Shown piece after piece: positions 50,180 through 64,000 of a stretch of 64,000 nucleotides of DNA. The position numbers and the translations under genes are program-made. The stretch is from Eledone cirrhosa (lineage: Eukaryota): NCBI GenBank assembly GCA_964016885.1, contig OZ024742.1, positions 145,452,001 to 145,516,000 of the forward strand. The letters are read 5' to 3'. Numbering within the stretch: the first letter of the stretch is position 1; each line of letters opens with the position of its first letter. The notes under the pieces are model-generated. The model was not told the origin of the DNA and ran no database searches. It saw only the letters and a program-made list of their open reading frames with translations.

Positions 50180-50610
50180 CCTGGTTCTCTGGAAAGGCAC
50201 CTAAGCAATGGCAATTGGGATTTATAATCCCAATTTTCAATAAGGGAGACAAGAGAGATTGTTCCAATTACAGAAGTTGTTAAGCCTCCCTGGTAAAGTG
50301 TATGCTAAGCGTGTGGAAAGAGATGCAGGGAGATTGTTGAGTCTAAGCAAGCTGATGAAGTGCAGTTTTCACCTCGGATGCAGCACAGCCAACCAAATAT
50401 TCACATTGCGGCAGGTTTTTGAGAAACCATGGGAGTATTGCCAGGAGGTATGTTCTTGTTTTGTCAACCTTGAAAAGTTATATGACTGTGTTCCTCAGGA
50501 CCAACTGTGGAAGGTAGTGCAGGAGTATGGGATTGAGGGTCAACTTCTTGCTGCTCTTATTTCTCCATACAATGCCCAAGTATTTGTGTTTGGATAAATG
50601 GTGTTGAATT
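50180..50610 (+). mobile_element. RTE LINE RT fragment
   Basis: LLSLPGKVYAK...STANQIFTLRQVFEKPWEY...CFVNLEKLYDCVP..LWKVVQEYGI. Confidence 0.75.
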
Positions 50611-50974
50611 TTGTGTATATAACATATTCCTCTGGCTGAGTCAGTGTGGCACAATGTGATAATGTTAGACCTTTTAATTACAGATGTGGATTAGTGCTTA
50701 ATTTATTGGCCTCCAAAAGGATGAAATTCAGTTTATCTCAGTAAAATTTGAACTCAGAGTACAGAAAGCCAGAAGAATACTTTAAGTCATTGTATTCTAT
50801 GCTCTAATAATTCTACCAATTGACTAATACAAAGTATCATACAATATTTTGCCTTACCTCTCTCTCTTACTAGACAAATAATGAAGAAACACCCCCACCC
50901 CCATCACCACTATTACTACTATTACCACCACCACCAATAAGTTTGAGTTCATTCAAGATTATATTTAGGTGTTC

Positions 50975-52072
50975 ATCATCATCATCATCATCGTTTAACG
51001 TCCATCTTCCAGCATGGGTTAGACGGTTTTGTTCCATTTGATGCGGGAATGGTCAGAAGACCATGTCTCGCACAGAAGTGTCTCTGGCAGGTTTTTTTTA
51101 CAGCTGGATGCCCTTCCTAACACCAGCCACTTTTACAGTGTGGACTGGGAGCCTTTTTACTGTCTCCTACCAGGCTATCTTACAGTGTGGACTGTTGTGT
51201 CATCAACACAATGGACAGAATGGGAGAGGGAGGGTGGGGTAGGGTGTACATTGAGTTAAGAGGTGCCTACTGACTGTAGATTTGTATGCAAGGGAAGGCG
51301 GGTCTTCTGTACAACTGCATGGTGCCAAAGATCTCAATCCAGTGACATTGTCTTAGAGAGGTGTGAGCAAGGTCAGTTTTTATCACCTCATCCCAGGTTT
51401 TTCTTGGTCTACCCACTTGGTAGCATCCATCAATTTTCATTGTTCGACATTTGGAACATAGAATGGAATTTCTACCTACTCCTTTCTTACACACTGAGCA
51501 TGGCCATTTCCTAGAGGGCACTTGTGCCCTATTCTCCTTTCTATATACTAGAACTTTAGTCTTAGACAAGTTAACTTTAAGGCCTTTTGATTCTAGGCCA
51601 TGCTTCCATGTTTGGAACTTCTTCTCTAGTTCAGCCATGGATTCAGCTATGAGAATTAGATCATCTGCATATAGAAGTTCCCATGGGCAGTCAGTCTTAA
51701 ACCCTTCTGTTATAGCCTGTATGACAAAAATAAATGGGGGGGGGGGGCTAAGGACAGAGCCCTGGTGAACCCCTACTATTACACTAAATTCTTCACTATA
51801 TTCATTGTTAATTCTAACTTTGCTGACAGTTCCTCTATACATGTCTTGTATAGCTCTCACAAGCCATTCATCTACTCCTAGTTTTCTAAGAGCCCACCAG
51901 ATTAAGGTGCGTGGGACTCTGTCAAAGGCTTTCCCCAAGTCATCAAAAGCTAAGTAGAGGGGTTTACTTTTAGCTAGGTACTTCTCCTGTAGTTGCCGTA
52001 CAAGGAAAAGAGCATCCGTGGTGCTTTTACCTGGCACAAACCCAAATTGCATTTCATCCAGATCAATTTGGT
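50975..52072 (-). mobile_element. RTE LINE fragment with 3' UTR and (GAT)n tail
   Basis: DEMQFGFVPGKSTTD...GVHQGSVLSP...LLYADDL...WPCSVC; same family as 21600-23400. Confidence 0.85.
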
Positions 52073-52089
52073 CTATATATATATATATA

Positions 52090-53000
52090 TATGCAAAAAG
52101 TAAACAGAAAGCAAATGACACAGTACAATGAAGAAATATATTAATTTTATGCTTGAGACAGTAGGAAAAGAGTCTTAATGTTTTTGATGCTAGTCCTTCA
52201 TCAGAAAATAAAATGAGAAATTAAAGAAGAAATAAAAAGAGGAAAAGATAGTAGTCAGAAAAGAATAGTGGAGAAAAAGTGGTAGTTAGTTGCGGTATAT
52301 TGGTGTAAGGCAAAAAGCAATGAGAAAATCCAGTGATCAAAAAAGATATCCAAATGGAAGTTCAGGTAGAGTCCAGATAAAAATCCAATGTAGGAATCCA
52401 ATGAATTTGAGGGTCCGTGTAAGCATCAAGCACACACACACACTCTTTTACTTACATATACACACACATATCCTCTTAGCTTCGTACAGACGTATAACAA
52501 CACACACACATATAGCTCTATATACAAAACGTCTTTTTCCATTTCGGGTAGATGCGGTCCATCATCCACTCTTCTAAAAAAAGTATATCATACACAAAAC
52601 ACCAGCAACAACAGTTTTCCAAGAGATAGTAACATGAATGGACCTGTTATTTTTCTCTACAAACATTTTTTTCTGATTCCACTCCGCCCGTCCACTCTAT
52701 CTTTCTAATTTCTCATTCTTTCTTTTGATGAAGGACTAGCATCCGAAACGTTAAGATCCTCTTCCTGCTATTTCAAACATTAACCAAATATATTCCTTCC
52801 ATATACTGTACCGATTGTGTTATTTCTGTTTACCTTTTATATATATATATGTATGCAAAAGGTAAACAGAAATAACAAAGCAAACGACACAGAACAATGA
52901 AGAAATATATTAGTTTGACACTTGATATAGTTGGAAAGTGTCTCAATGTTTCGGACGCTAGTCCTTCATAACAAAAATAGAATGGGAAATTTAATTTCTT
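52090..53000. mobile_element. Family-B PLE-derived element: alternating inverted HHR-bearing segments
   Basis: 52500-52840 resembles the reverse complement of 10540-10870; inverted partial copies at ~52090-52250 and ~52850-53000. Confidence 0.7.
52721..52756 (+). ncRNA. Hammerhead ribozyme family B, C3U variant
   Basis: TCTT-TTGATGA-A-GGA(CTAGCA)TCC-GAAACGTT-AAGA. Confidence 0.55.
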
Positions 53001-53237
53001 ACATGTGGTATGCTTGCTGTGTGCATATAAAATTATAAGATTACTTCATGGAAAAGTATCAATATTCATAAAATTACTAGTTATACCAACAAGAAGACAA
53101 AAATTAACTAAATAGTAAGTATGCTTGTAGCACTGCATATACTATGGCTTGGTTTTTGCATTGATACAGTTACTGTTCTGCATGAATACCTACATTTAAT
53201 TAAGTGATTTCTTGACAAGAACAATTTATGACTAATA

Positions 53238-54044
<807 letters not shown>

Positions 54045-56310
54045 TCATATTCCATAATCTTTCATCTCTCACCAGAATATACAAGCATTTTTCTTCTTTT
54101 CGTTTTTATATTTTATTCCTAACAAATATTTCTACTGCAGTATTTCCATCAAGACAACATCGTAAGATGCTACACACTCCTTAGTAAATTTGTCCAAGTT
54201 TAATGTGAAAACATCTTGTACACATTCCAGACAGTGTAGCAGAGAAATGTTGTTAATAATCTCTGTTCCAGGCAAATATTTCACTCAAATATTTCACGCA
54301 AATATTTCACTCAAGCAAGAATCTACATACACAAGGTTACATCTCTTCTGTATACCATCTTCCTTTAGCCATTAAAAGATGATAAATATTAATGATCTGT
54401 CTGGTGTCAAAATTCTTTTCTAGCAATGTCATCTGATATTCTGAAATAATAAAAAATATTATAGGGTATAGAAGATACTTAAAAAGTAGACATTCAACAG
54501 AAGAAATTTTACTTTTTTATTTGTTATTAAATGCTTTGTGGAAGTGCTCCAGCTTTCTGCACTCAAAGTTCACATCCTACTGAAGTTAACTTTGCCTTTC
54601 ATCTCTTTGGAAATAATAAAGTTCCAGAAAGATGAATTGGCTGAATTGTTAGAGCTTTTAGACAAGCTACTTTGCATGATTCATAGGTTGGTTCAATTAG
54701 AAGGTAAGTTATTTAAAACCGATTACTTGTACTAAAGTACAATTACAACCTGAAACTATGATATAATATTTATGAGTAAAAAATAATATTTAAATGAAAC
54801 AACAACAAAAAATGAAAGGGAAATCAGAAAAAGAAAGAAAAAAATCAACGAAAGAAAGAGGGGGGGGGGGGTTGACTCTACCTATGACACCAACTAAAAA
54901 TCAAAACACGTAGAATATCAGGTATTATGAAAAAAACGGTGATGAATAAAGTTTACTTTGTATCAGTTCACAATTATATATGACTTTTACTAATTGAACA
55001 TTATAATGCTGATAAAAATCAATTTGTATACCATTTCCTTCTAGTTTATTTTTTTATTAAGACCCTAGAATAAATTAAGGTCAGAAAAATATTTATATAT
55101 TATATTTATATATATTAGTGCTTAGTGTGTCTTGTCTGTTATGATAGTAATAAAAAAAAAGTGAAAGTAAATATTATAACCAGAAGGAAACAAAGAAAAG
55201 CATAACGTGCTGATATTAAACAAAATAAAGCAAAATTAATATATTTTATATAATATTATATTTTAGACAAATTTAAGTTAAAATATAATATTGATTTAAA
55301 TTTTATATAACATGACATTTTAGACAAATTTAAGTTAAATTGTAATTTTGTTTTATTGAAGAAATAATTGTTTCTACTTTTGGCACAAGGCCAGCAATTA
55401 CCCAGAAAGGCAAAGTAAACCTCGGCGGGATTTGAACTCAGGCGAACATGTGTTCACGATTGTTGAATTTATTTCTTCGTGTGTTAATATAGTGGTTACA
55501 ATGTGAATAAAGTGTCACTTATGTTACATTGCCGTCGAATTGAATATGTCCATATTAATCATGTTTCATTAGTCTACTTATGAACAATTTTGTTATTTGG
55601 ATCTACAAAATTGAGCGAATGGTTTACAATTTCATGTTCCAGTTCATAATCCTACATAAGAAACACAACTATCGGAGATCAAATGTGTACATGGTAGGGT
55701 CCACATATACTTTCGATATTTAATACTTACAAAAATGTTTTATAATAGATATTGTTATGATATGAACGTATCTAGTAATTGATAAATATCAACATAGAAT
55801 CAATCAAAATTAGAAGATCTCAAAACATAAACAGGAAGGTATACATACGGCGCATGCGTATAGATGTGATATAACAAAACTCTAAATATTTTTTATAGCT
55901 TTGTCAACAGAAAATTAAAATATTTTTGGAGATTTAGAAAAACTGGCCTCAACTAATAAACGTCTTCTTGTTGCAGGTGTAACCATTCACGAACACACTG
56001 CTTCCTTACTCATTCAGCAGGATTTTTGCAAAGATAGATTCATCAATCCCAATATTTTCACGACTACGTTTCCATAAATTACCCATACCAACATGAAAAA
56101 TAGACATTCAACGATTTTCCTCATCGTCGTCGTTGTCATCATTGGGATCGTTTAACACCGGCTTTCCCTCTAGCAAAGGTTTGACGCATCATCAGCATAC
56201 GGAGTTGGTTCTCAAGATGTATAGCAGGTCGAATGCTAGGACGAATGGTTGTGTTGTGTGTGTGTGCTCACTTGTGGATTGTTCATTGGTGTGTTCACTG
56301 TTGTGTAGAG

Positions 56311-56602
56311 CAGGGGTTCTCAACCTTTTTTTCGCTGTGGACCACCAAAATAAGTAATTTTTTCCTGTGGACCACCTAAACTTTTAAATCTTTTGTAATA
56401 GAACTGCTAGAGACATTCTAACCACATGCCAATAGTATCAGAGCTGTGAACTCGAAATTTTCAAATATAATGGACATGTGTGTAATTAAACAAAATATTA
56501 TATTAGTTACATTTTTGTGAAATGGCTACGAATTCTCTGTGGACCACTAGAAATGCTATGTGGACCACCGGTGTTCCACCTGGACCACGTTGAGAATCAC
56601 TG
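56311..56602. mobile_element. hAT (Charlie-like) MITE
   Basis: TIRs CAGGGGTTCTCAAC / GTTGAGAATCACTG; perfect 8-bp TSD GTGTAGAG (56303-56310, 56603-56610); internal GTGGACCAC repeats. Confidence 0.88.
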
Positions 56603-56982
56603 GTGTAGAGTGTATGAAAGAGAAGCTTGATGTGACTGATACAGTGTGACCAGATATTGCGGGTGTGCAAGTAGGTCAGTAACAGTGTTCATTATCACGA
56701 TGCTGATATGCTGGTTTCTAGAGTAAGTAATTTACCTTGATTATATAGGTAACGAAATATAAAAACCACAATAATACAAAGCCGCTGGGTTACTAATTTA
56801 TTAAATATAACTTTGCCGAAGTTATATGACAATACACGAAGAACAAATAACCACAGATGTTATGTGTCAGGATGAATTGTGTATGCGTGTTTGTTTGCAA
56901 AGGTATTATTTAAAATGTATTTACCAAACTTCTGTTGATGGGATGAATTTCACTGGCTTGGCCAAAGAGAGAGAGTAAGACC

Positions 56983-58917
56983 TGTAGCAGAAGTTGCCTC
57001 CCTTGTTGTGACACTCACATCACCAATAGATTAACGCTCTCTAGATAGGAAGTAGAACCCTTACTGTAACTTCCGTTCCAACCCTATAAAGGGAATAACT
57101 TTCAGCTCCCTATCTGTCATTTGCCTTTTCGGCGCGTTCGCCTGGCAACCAAACGGTAACTAATAACTTTGCTTCATTCTCTCATCTATTCATTGACATG
57201 TTAACTATATTGTTCTATATATCCACAAATTGTTAATTAAATATTATACACACAAACCACGTCTCTTGTTATACTTATACAACACAGTATTCTGTCATAA
57301 GTGGTGACCCCGAAAAAAATTAAAAAATAGCAGAATCTGGTGTTGTGTGAGTAACATTACGAATACGCAGCAAATTTTATTGACAAACTATGAAAATACG
57401 CAGACACAGAAACGAACACACACACATGTGAAATTCTCGTTCAGACAGACTCTTTTTCTCTCACGTATCAACTAACTGTCGCATTTCACTGTATATATAT
57501 GTTTTTCGTTTCTTCTTACAACGAACGCTTTAAAAACAAACAAACAAAAAAGAAATTCGATTTTTTTTTAAACATTTCAACATGAACATTTATGTTCAAT
57601 GAATCTCAACTATTGCTTTTTTTCATCGTTTTCTCATCGTTCAAGTTTTTTTCATCGTTCACAAAAAAAAAAAAAAATTGAACTCGCTATATTTGTTATA
57701 CTAAGTGAAGCCTTTCTTTCTTTTTCATCATTGTCACTTTCACACACACATTTTTTCAAAATGGCTGCCAACGACCTGTTGCACTATTATTTTCTCGCGC
57801 ATTAGAAATTTTTTTTTTTTCAACTTAACCTTGTTTTGGCACGTGTAGGCAGCAGAATTCTCGACTCACGGAGATAACCACACGCCAGAGATAACGTTTC
57901 TCGCCAAGGATTCTCTAGCCTTATTCTCCTATTTGCTGGTTTAAAATTTTACCACGTAAATTTGCCGTTGAAAACTGCACATTTATTCAGAATGCTTATT
58001 TCTTTGGTCACTGGCCTCTTGACCCTTTCAGGTCAACGCATTCTCAACATCGACCATTAACTTCGGCTGTTATTTCTAGCACTTTGCGCAACTCATTTTT
58101 TCTAAAAAAAATTTTTTACTGTGAATTAAATATCGAATACGCTCACTCCGCGAGACAACAACATCAACAGCAACACAGCTTCATCAACAACCAAAACCAG
58201 CAGAACAAGCCAGAGAATTTATTTTTGCAGCACTCTTCCTGTGAGAAAATCCATTCGGAGGTTGGAAATTTCACGTTATACCACATTCATTCTCTGGAAC
58301 ACTTTCTTTCCTGCTGTCATGTGATTGCACACCTGTAATCAAAGTAAGAGAAGAGTTCAAATGTTCATTACATTGTATCTTTGGGTGATGGATAGATAGA
58401 TGTCCAGTCGTTCTCTGGCCAAGAGCGGTTGGCTACCTTGATATCTATCATTGATTATTGCAAACATTAGTTTTTTCGTAATTTTCATGCCTGTTACAAC
58501 ATTTTCGCCAACTTACTGCATACATATTTCATTCGATTTTTATATTTTAAAAATCTGGCGGGGGATAATGTAGCAGGAGTTGCTTCCCTTGTTGTAACAC
58601 TCGCATCACCAATAGATTAACGCTCTCTAGATAGGAAGTAGAACCCTTTCTGTAACTTCCGTTCCAACCCTATAAAGGGAATAACTTTCAGCTCCCTATC
58701 TCTCATTTGCCTTTTCAGCTCGTGGCCTTCGGTCAGGCGTCTTCGGCCAGGCGCGTTCGCCTGGCAAACCAAACGGTAACTAATAACTTTGCTTCATTCT
58801 CTCATCTATTCATTGACATGTCAACTATACTGTTCTATATATCCACAAATTGTTAATTAAATATTATACACACAAACCACATCTCTTGTTATATTCATAC
58901 ACTAGTATTTTGCTATA
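56983..58917 (+). mobile_element. Non-autonomous LTR retrotransposon (Gypsy-type signals): LTRs 56983-57299 and 58569-58917
   Basis: Two ~320-350-bp direct repeats starting TGTAGCAG; PBS TGGTGACCCCGA at 57302-57313; purine-rich GGCGGGGGATAA before the 3' LTR; flanks GACC/GACG; TATAAA in LTR; no gag/pol ORF. Confidence 0.85.
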
Positions 58918-59995
58918 GACGCACGGGGTCTGTATAAAGCAGTGGACTACATTTTAAATCTAATCCTTAGAATTCCCTTCTGCGACTAACCTGGCTGACT
59001 CTGGGAGTAGGTTATTTATGAATCTCGTTTCCTCAGACATTGGCAACTCGAAAACCCATGCAGAATGTAAACTTATCTATGAAGCCAAATAGGTCAGCTT
59101 CTTGGTCGCCGATTTGATTTTGCGAAAGTAACCCTGTTGAAAAGAGTAACAAATTACTGCTACAAATGTACTGACCCCATGGTGAACCAGGAGCATGCAT
59201 TGCATTTATGTTCTTGTATTCTACTGAGTGTTCAGATGGGCCAGCAGGCCATGACTTGCTTATATACAATCCCGGGCACAAGCAAGTGCATTTTATCGTG
59301 ACACTGGCATTAGGAAGGTTGTCATGTCTTTGACACATCTTGATTCTTCGGTCAGTTTTCTTTGATGATAGTAATGAAGCATTGCAATATTAGTTCTTCT
59401 AAACAAGACTTCTATTCTTAGGCAGTATTATAACCCATGTCTAATTCATGACAGGACTGCGTTTGCTCATCAACTTCACATACCCATAAATAAAGAAAAA
59501 GATTTATTTTACAGTAAACGGGTATGTTGAAATAATAGTTTCTTTCCATATACTAATCTCTTTGAGGCAATTTCTTGTTGAATTCAGTTGGCAAATATAT
59601 TCAGTCATAAGAGTAGATAATGCCAAATAGGTTAATGGAAGACACATTTTCAAGGCAGTTAGCTTCCAGTCATTAGATGTGTTTTCATGCTTGGCATATG
59701 TGTACATGGTGGAGAAACTACTCTGAGAACTTGGACAAAACGAATTTTTAAATTTGGTAGAAATCTGCTTAGCAAGAGACAAAAAGGTAAGGTGAATATT
59801 TCAGAAATTATCTTTCACATATAGTCTCATCAACAGACAAAAATTGCCATAATTCAGTTATTTTATTCCACAAAGAATAAAATGTATTATATATAACATG
59901 TGTTGCAATGTTTGTTCTGGATATGAATGAAAAAAATGTTACATGTAGGTTTTAATATTTAACAGAGATGAAATACAAACAACAGGTATCACATC

Positions 59996-60225
59996 TTAAC
60001 AGTGCTAGAGATTAAACTGGTTGTATCTGGACAGAATTCTCTCACCTCTTTCTGTTCAAACCGACTGTAACTAGCCACTCATACTGATGTTAAGGTATTG
60101 TTTTCAAAATAAATAATATCAAAATCTCATAGATTCGATATTATGTGAAATAATTATGTGAGATAAAGCTTTTACTGTGGGAATAGAATAGTAAATATAG
60201 AGTAATGTAAATGCTAATGGGTTTG
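59996..60225. mobile_element. Degenerate copy of the TTAA MITE
   Basis: Internal sequence matches 61272-61492. Confidence 0.65.
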
Positions 60226-61271
60226 TAGAAGATCATGCCACCTAGCGTCGACTTTGGAGGCAGTCGATTAACTGCCCTTAGTTCTGACGTCAGTAGCTGA
60301 AACAACTACTCTTGGACGGTGGTACCTCGAAGTGAACAGACGTGTTTCCACACAGCGACATCACTAACCAACCTTGGAGCACTGATGTGTTAACCGTATT
60401 ATAATTTGCTCTAATTAAAATGTTCACGTAACGTAATCTTGAGGCATGTTCTTTTTTGATTGATGATGTGCCAGCCAGTATATTATATCCAATTAGACGG
60501 GATGTCTGACTGTCCCGCCTAAAGGTTAATGTACAAAGTGATCCTATTGTTTAGTTCTCATTCATTGCATGATAGCCTCTAATATACAGTATTTAGTATC
60601 AATGGATGTTTAAATAATTATATAACTTCAAAGTAGCAGTTATTGAAGATGGAATTTAGAGAAATGTGCAACTTTCATCATACATTAATCAAGCTTGTGA
60701 GTTATGTTGATTATGGTAGGGTCAGTACAGGTTCTGGTTAGATATCATCATCATCATCATTGTCGTTATTATGTCTGCTTTTCCATGCTTGCATCGGTTG
60801 GGATGAGAATAATTTTGAAGTAAATAGGCTTTATTTAAATTTCTGTATATTATTCATAACGAATGAGGGAGTCTGAACATAGGATTCTGGGCCTCACAGT
60901 TGAAATAGCAGAACAAGTGAGCTACAAATAAACACTAATTCACCTGCTATTGAAACTGTTACATTATGGAAGAATTAGTGAGCCAATAAGCATTAATTTG
61001 CTGCGAATGAAAGAGCTAGATACAAAGGAAGAGTTAACTGTAAGCCACTTTACCAAACAAAAACTTGTCAGTGTTAGATACCTATGTAAAAGTTGAGATG
61101 AACACATTGCTGTATTGTTTATATTTTGTTAACTGCACACACAAACTTGTCCACCAACTAAAATGAAAATGCTGTGAACACCTTGCAGAAATGCAAGAAA
61201 ATGATTGTATATGTGGGGAAAACTTGTCGATAAAATTACGATAAATTATAATAACTTAATTCTAGGTTTAA

Positions 61272-61492
61272 CCCTTTAGCATCTAAACCAGCCATATCTG
61301 GCCAGAATTCTCTCACCTCTTTCTGTTCAAACCAACCCTAACTCGCCACTCCTACCGATGTTAAGGTATTGTTCTCAAAATAAATAATATTAAAATCTCA
61401 TATATTCAATATTATGTGAGATAATTATGTGAGATAAAACCTTTACCATGAAAATATAATAGTAAATATAGAGTAATGTAAATGCTAAAGGG
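61272..61492. mobile_element. TTAA-flanked MITE (piggyBac-type)
   Basis: TTAA|CCCTTTAGCAT ... ATGCTAAAGGG|TTAA. Confidence 0.85.
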
Positions 61493-61547
61493 TTAATCAA
61501 TATATATAAAATATGTATTGATAAACTTCTGTTCAGATCATCAATAA

Positions 61548-62431
61548 TCTATATATATAAAACTGAGGATGTCTGTCTATGTGTGTGTGAGCTTGAATCC
61601 CTAAAACTAGAGAAGCACCCAACCGACTGTTTTCAAACTTTACACGTGTAATACTTATGTTTCAGGGAATGTTCTGAGCAATTCAATGCCCTAGGGACCG
61701 CATTAAGCGATTTAATGATCTCTCTATAATTCTTTCTCTTTTTAGATAAATACATACATATAACGTCGCGCCCTTATAATATCTGTCTGTATGTCTGCAT
61801 TACGTCACTTCCCTGAAGATGTCTGTGTGTGTCTATGAGTTTGAATCCCTAAATGTGTCTATGAGTTTGAATCCCTAAAACTCGAGAAGTACCCAACCGA
61901 TTCTTTTCAAACTTTACATGTGCATTACTTATGTTTCAATTTTTTGATCTCCTAGGGCCCGCATTAGGTGAAAAACTGCGTTTTTTTCAGGTTTTTAGGG
62001 GTTATTTGAGGCGTTACGTCAGACCGATTTCCTTGAAATTGTAACTATATATTAGTCAGTCTCTTCATACCGTGAGCAAAGAAAATCCAACTTTTTTTAT
62101 GGCCCAGGGCCCGCATTAGGTGAAAAACTTCATTTTTTCAGCCTTTTAGGGCTTTTAGGAGGCGTTAAGTCTAGCCGCTTTTCCCGAAATTTCAAGGCAT
62201 ATTATGCACATAAAAAAATTTATTTTCTTGATCCCCTAGGGCCCGCATTAGGTGAAAACCTGCATTTTTCCTGCTTCACCAAGGAAAATCTTAAAGATTA
62301 TCCAGCCATCAGAGTATTCGGTTTATTTTCTTTACATATTGTCCAGGCATACAGTTTTTCCACGATTAGGTCTGTTGGCAGCCCACGTTCCAAAATACCA
62401 TATCCCGTGCAACGCCAGGTACCACTGCTAG
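61548..62431 (+). mobile_element. Non-autonomous Helitron with internal subrepeats
   Basis: A|TCTATATATATAAAA 5' end; 3' hairpin CCCGTGCAACGCCAGG then CTAG|T; repeated AGGGCCCGCATTAGGTGAAAA units. Confidence 0.8.
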
Positions 62432-63032
62432 TATAATATAACTTTAAACGATATATTGGGATATATCAATTGAGAAACTAACTAGTATTTAATACATATA
62501 TACATATACTGAAAATACAATTTTAGATGTTAAAGAAAAACATTACTCACATATTCATTATATCATATTTAAATGGCTGTACTTCCAAATATGACCATCC
62601 AATCTCAGACAGATCTGTTTCTGAGAATCAGAGAATATTGAATGTTACCATCGAAATTAGTATCGATGACCAATTATCGATTAAGGTGAACCTCAATCAA
62701 GACCATGAAACTTGTCATCAGTATGTTTAAGTCTTCACTAAAATACAAGGTTAGAGACTAGAATTTTAATACAGTGTGAGATATATATATATTTTAGTAG
62801 CATCAATGTAAAGTGATAATTTATTAATTATTCTTATCAATTATTTAATCTGCATGCTGGTATAGGTTGGTATGTCTGTCATACAAGATATCACATTTTC
62901 TCAATCTTTTGCTATACCAACTGTGAGATCCAAAATATCAAGTTCTAACCTTGTCACATTTTGTAAACATTCTTAATAACAGAGTATAAATAAAGCTGAT
63001 TTTCTCATAAATTATTTTCTTATTTAATATTA

Positions 63033-63224
63033 GCGCGGTGGATTGGCAGTATCGGTAGAGGGTCGGACGCCATGCTTTGCAACAAAGAGTTACGGCCCTT
63101 TATGGTCTGAGTTCAAATCCCGCCGAGGTTAACTTTCCCTTTCATCCTTACAGGGTCGATAAAATAAAGTACCAGTAATGTACTGGGTAATTGCTGGCCT
63201 TGTGCCAAAAGTAGAAACAATTAT
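63033..63224 (+). mobile_element. tRNA-derived SINE, Meta-like family
   Basis: A box TGGCAGTATCGG, B box GAGTTCAAATCC, core CCTTTCATCCTTACAGGGTCGATAAAATAAAGTACCAG; at least 5 relatives in the window. Confidence 0.8.
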
Positions 63225-64000
63225 TTAATATGCCAGCATTGAAAAGTAGACATTAAATGATGATGCTGATGCTGATGATGGTGACAATGGTGATTATGAT
63301 GATGATGATGAATCATCGTTTAACGTCTATCTTCTACGCTAGCATGGGTTAGACGGGAGTTGTCCCACTTGAGGCAAGATTGTCTCGCTCGTATAGGACT
63401 ATCTGGCAGGTTTTCTATGGTTGGATGCTCTTCCTAACACCACATTTACAGGGACTGGGAACTTTTTACCGTGTTACCTACATGGCCACATTACAGCGTG
63501 GACTGTGTTTTTATTGTCGTGACACCTACACAATCTCGATCTCATTAGTTTGGACTGGATGTTGTGGTACCAACATAACTTTACAGAGAAAGGGTGGTGT
63601 TGGTGGGAGTGGGAGGATGGAGTAGGGGTAAAGGGTTGGGGTGTATATTTGGTTAAGAGGTGCCTACTGACTGTAGGTTTTGCTTTGTACATAGGCAAGG
63701 CGGGTCTTCTGTATTATTGCGTGGCGCCAACGATCTCGGTCCAGTAACATTGTCTTAAACTTGTGCTGTCACAAGCATTTGCTATAGAATTCAGAGACTT
63801 GATCAATGTATGGTAATAAATGTTACAAATTTCTTATAACTGGTACTTTTAAAGTGTGTTACCTTTTCATTGTCATCACCATGCTGACATGGATTGGACA
63901 GTTCTTATTCAATTTTCTGCAATTAAAGACCTCTTCTTGTTCATACATCCTATTTTTGGCATGGTTTCTATAGCTGGATACCCTTCCTGTTACCACCTAC

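Noticed and set aside
55848-55860. NRF1-like GCGCATGCGT as the zinc-finger gene promoter
   Set aside because: Single motif, no TSS evidence; cannot be supported from sequence alone

Overview
AT-rich, microsatellite- and transposon-dense animal genomic DNA. The SINE families, RTE LINEs and effector-less C2H2 gene suggest an octopod cephalopod (inference). Three host genes are supported: (1) six coding exons of a PPP1R8/NIPP1 orthologue (+, 12922-25050; first coding exon not found), (2) a complete 4-exon classical SDR of the retinol dehydrogenase/HSD17B6 type (-, 42362-37497, 330 aa), and (3) a 9-finger C2H2 gene (-, 54026-53238). The most striking region is 1.8-11.4 kb, a nest of Penelope-like elements (PLEs) and derivatives inserted into (TA)n tracts, carrying minimal type I hammerhead ribozymes (HHRs) of four distinct sequence families. 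It includes a near-perfect 5 x 468-bp HHR tandem array (retrozyme-like). It also includes a full-length Neptune/Nematis-type PLE with ~700-bp pseudo-LTRs, an extra 447-aa ORF1, and an RT-GIY-YIG frame that lies in the -1 frame and is entered at a correctly phased U_UUU_UUA slippery heptamer (candidate programmed -1 frameshift). The rest contains RTE and CR1 LINE fragments, tRNA-derived SINEs, Helitron-type and TTAA/hAT MITEs, a decayed hAT transposase, a non-coding two-LTR element with a tRNA-Trp PBS, and several fold-back palindromes. All calls were made by eye; repeat boundaries are approximate unless a terminal motif is quoted.
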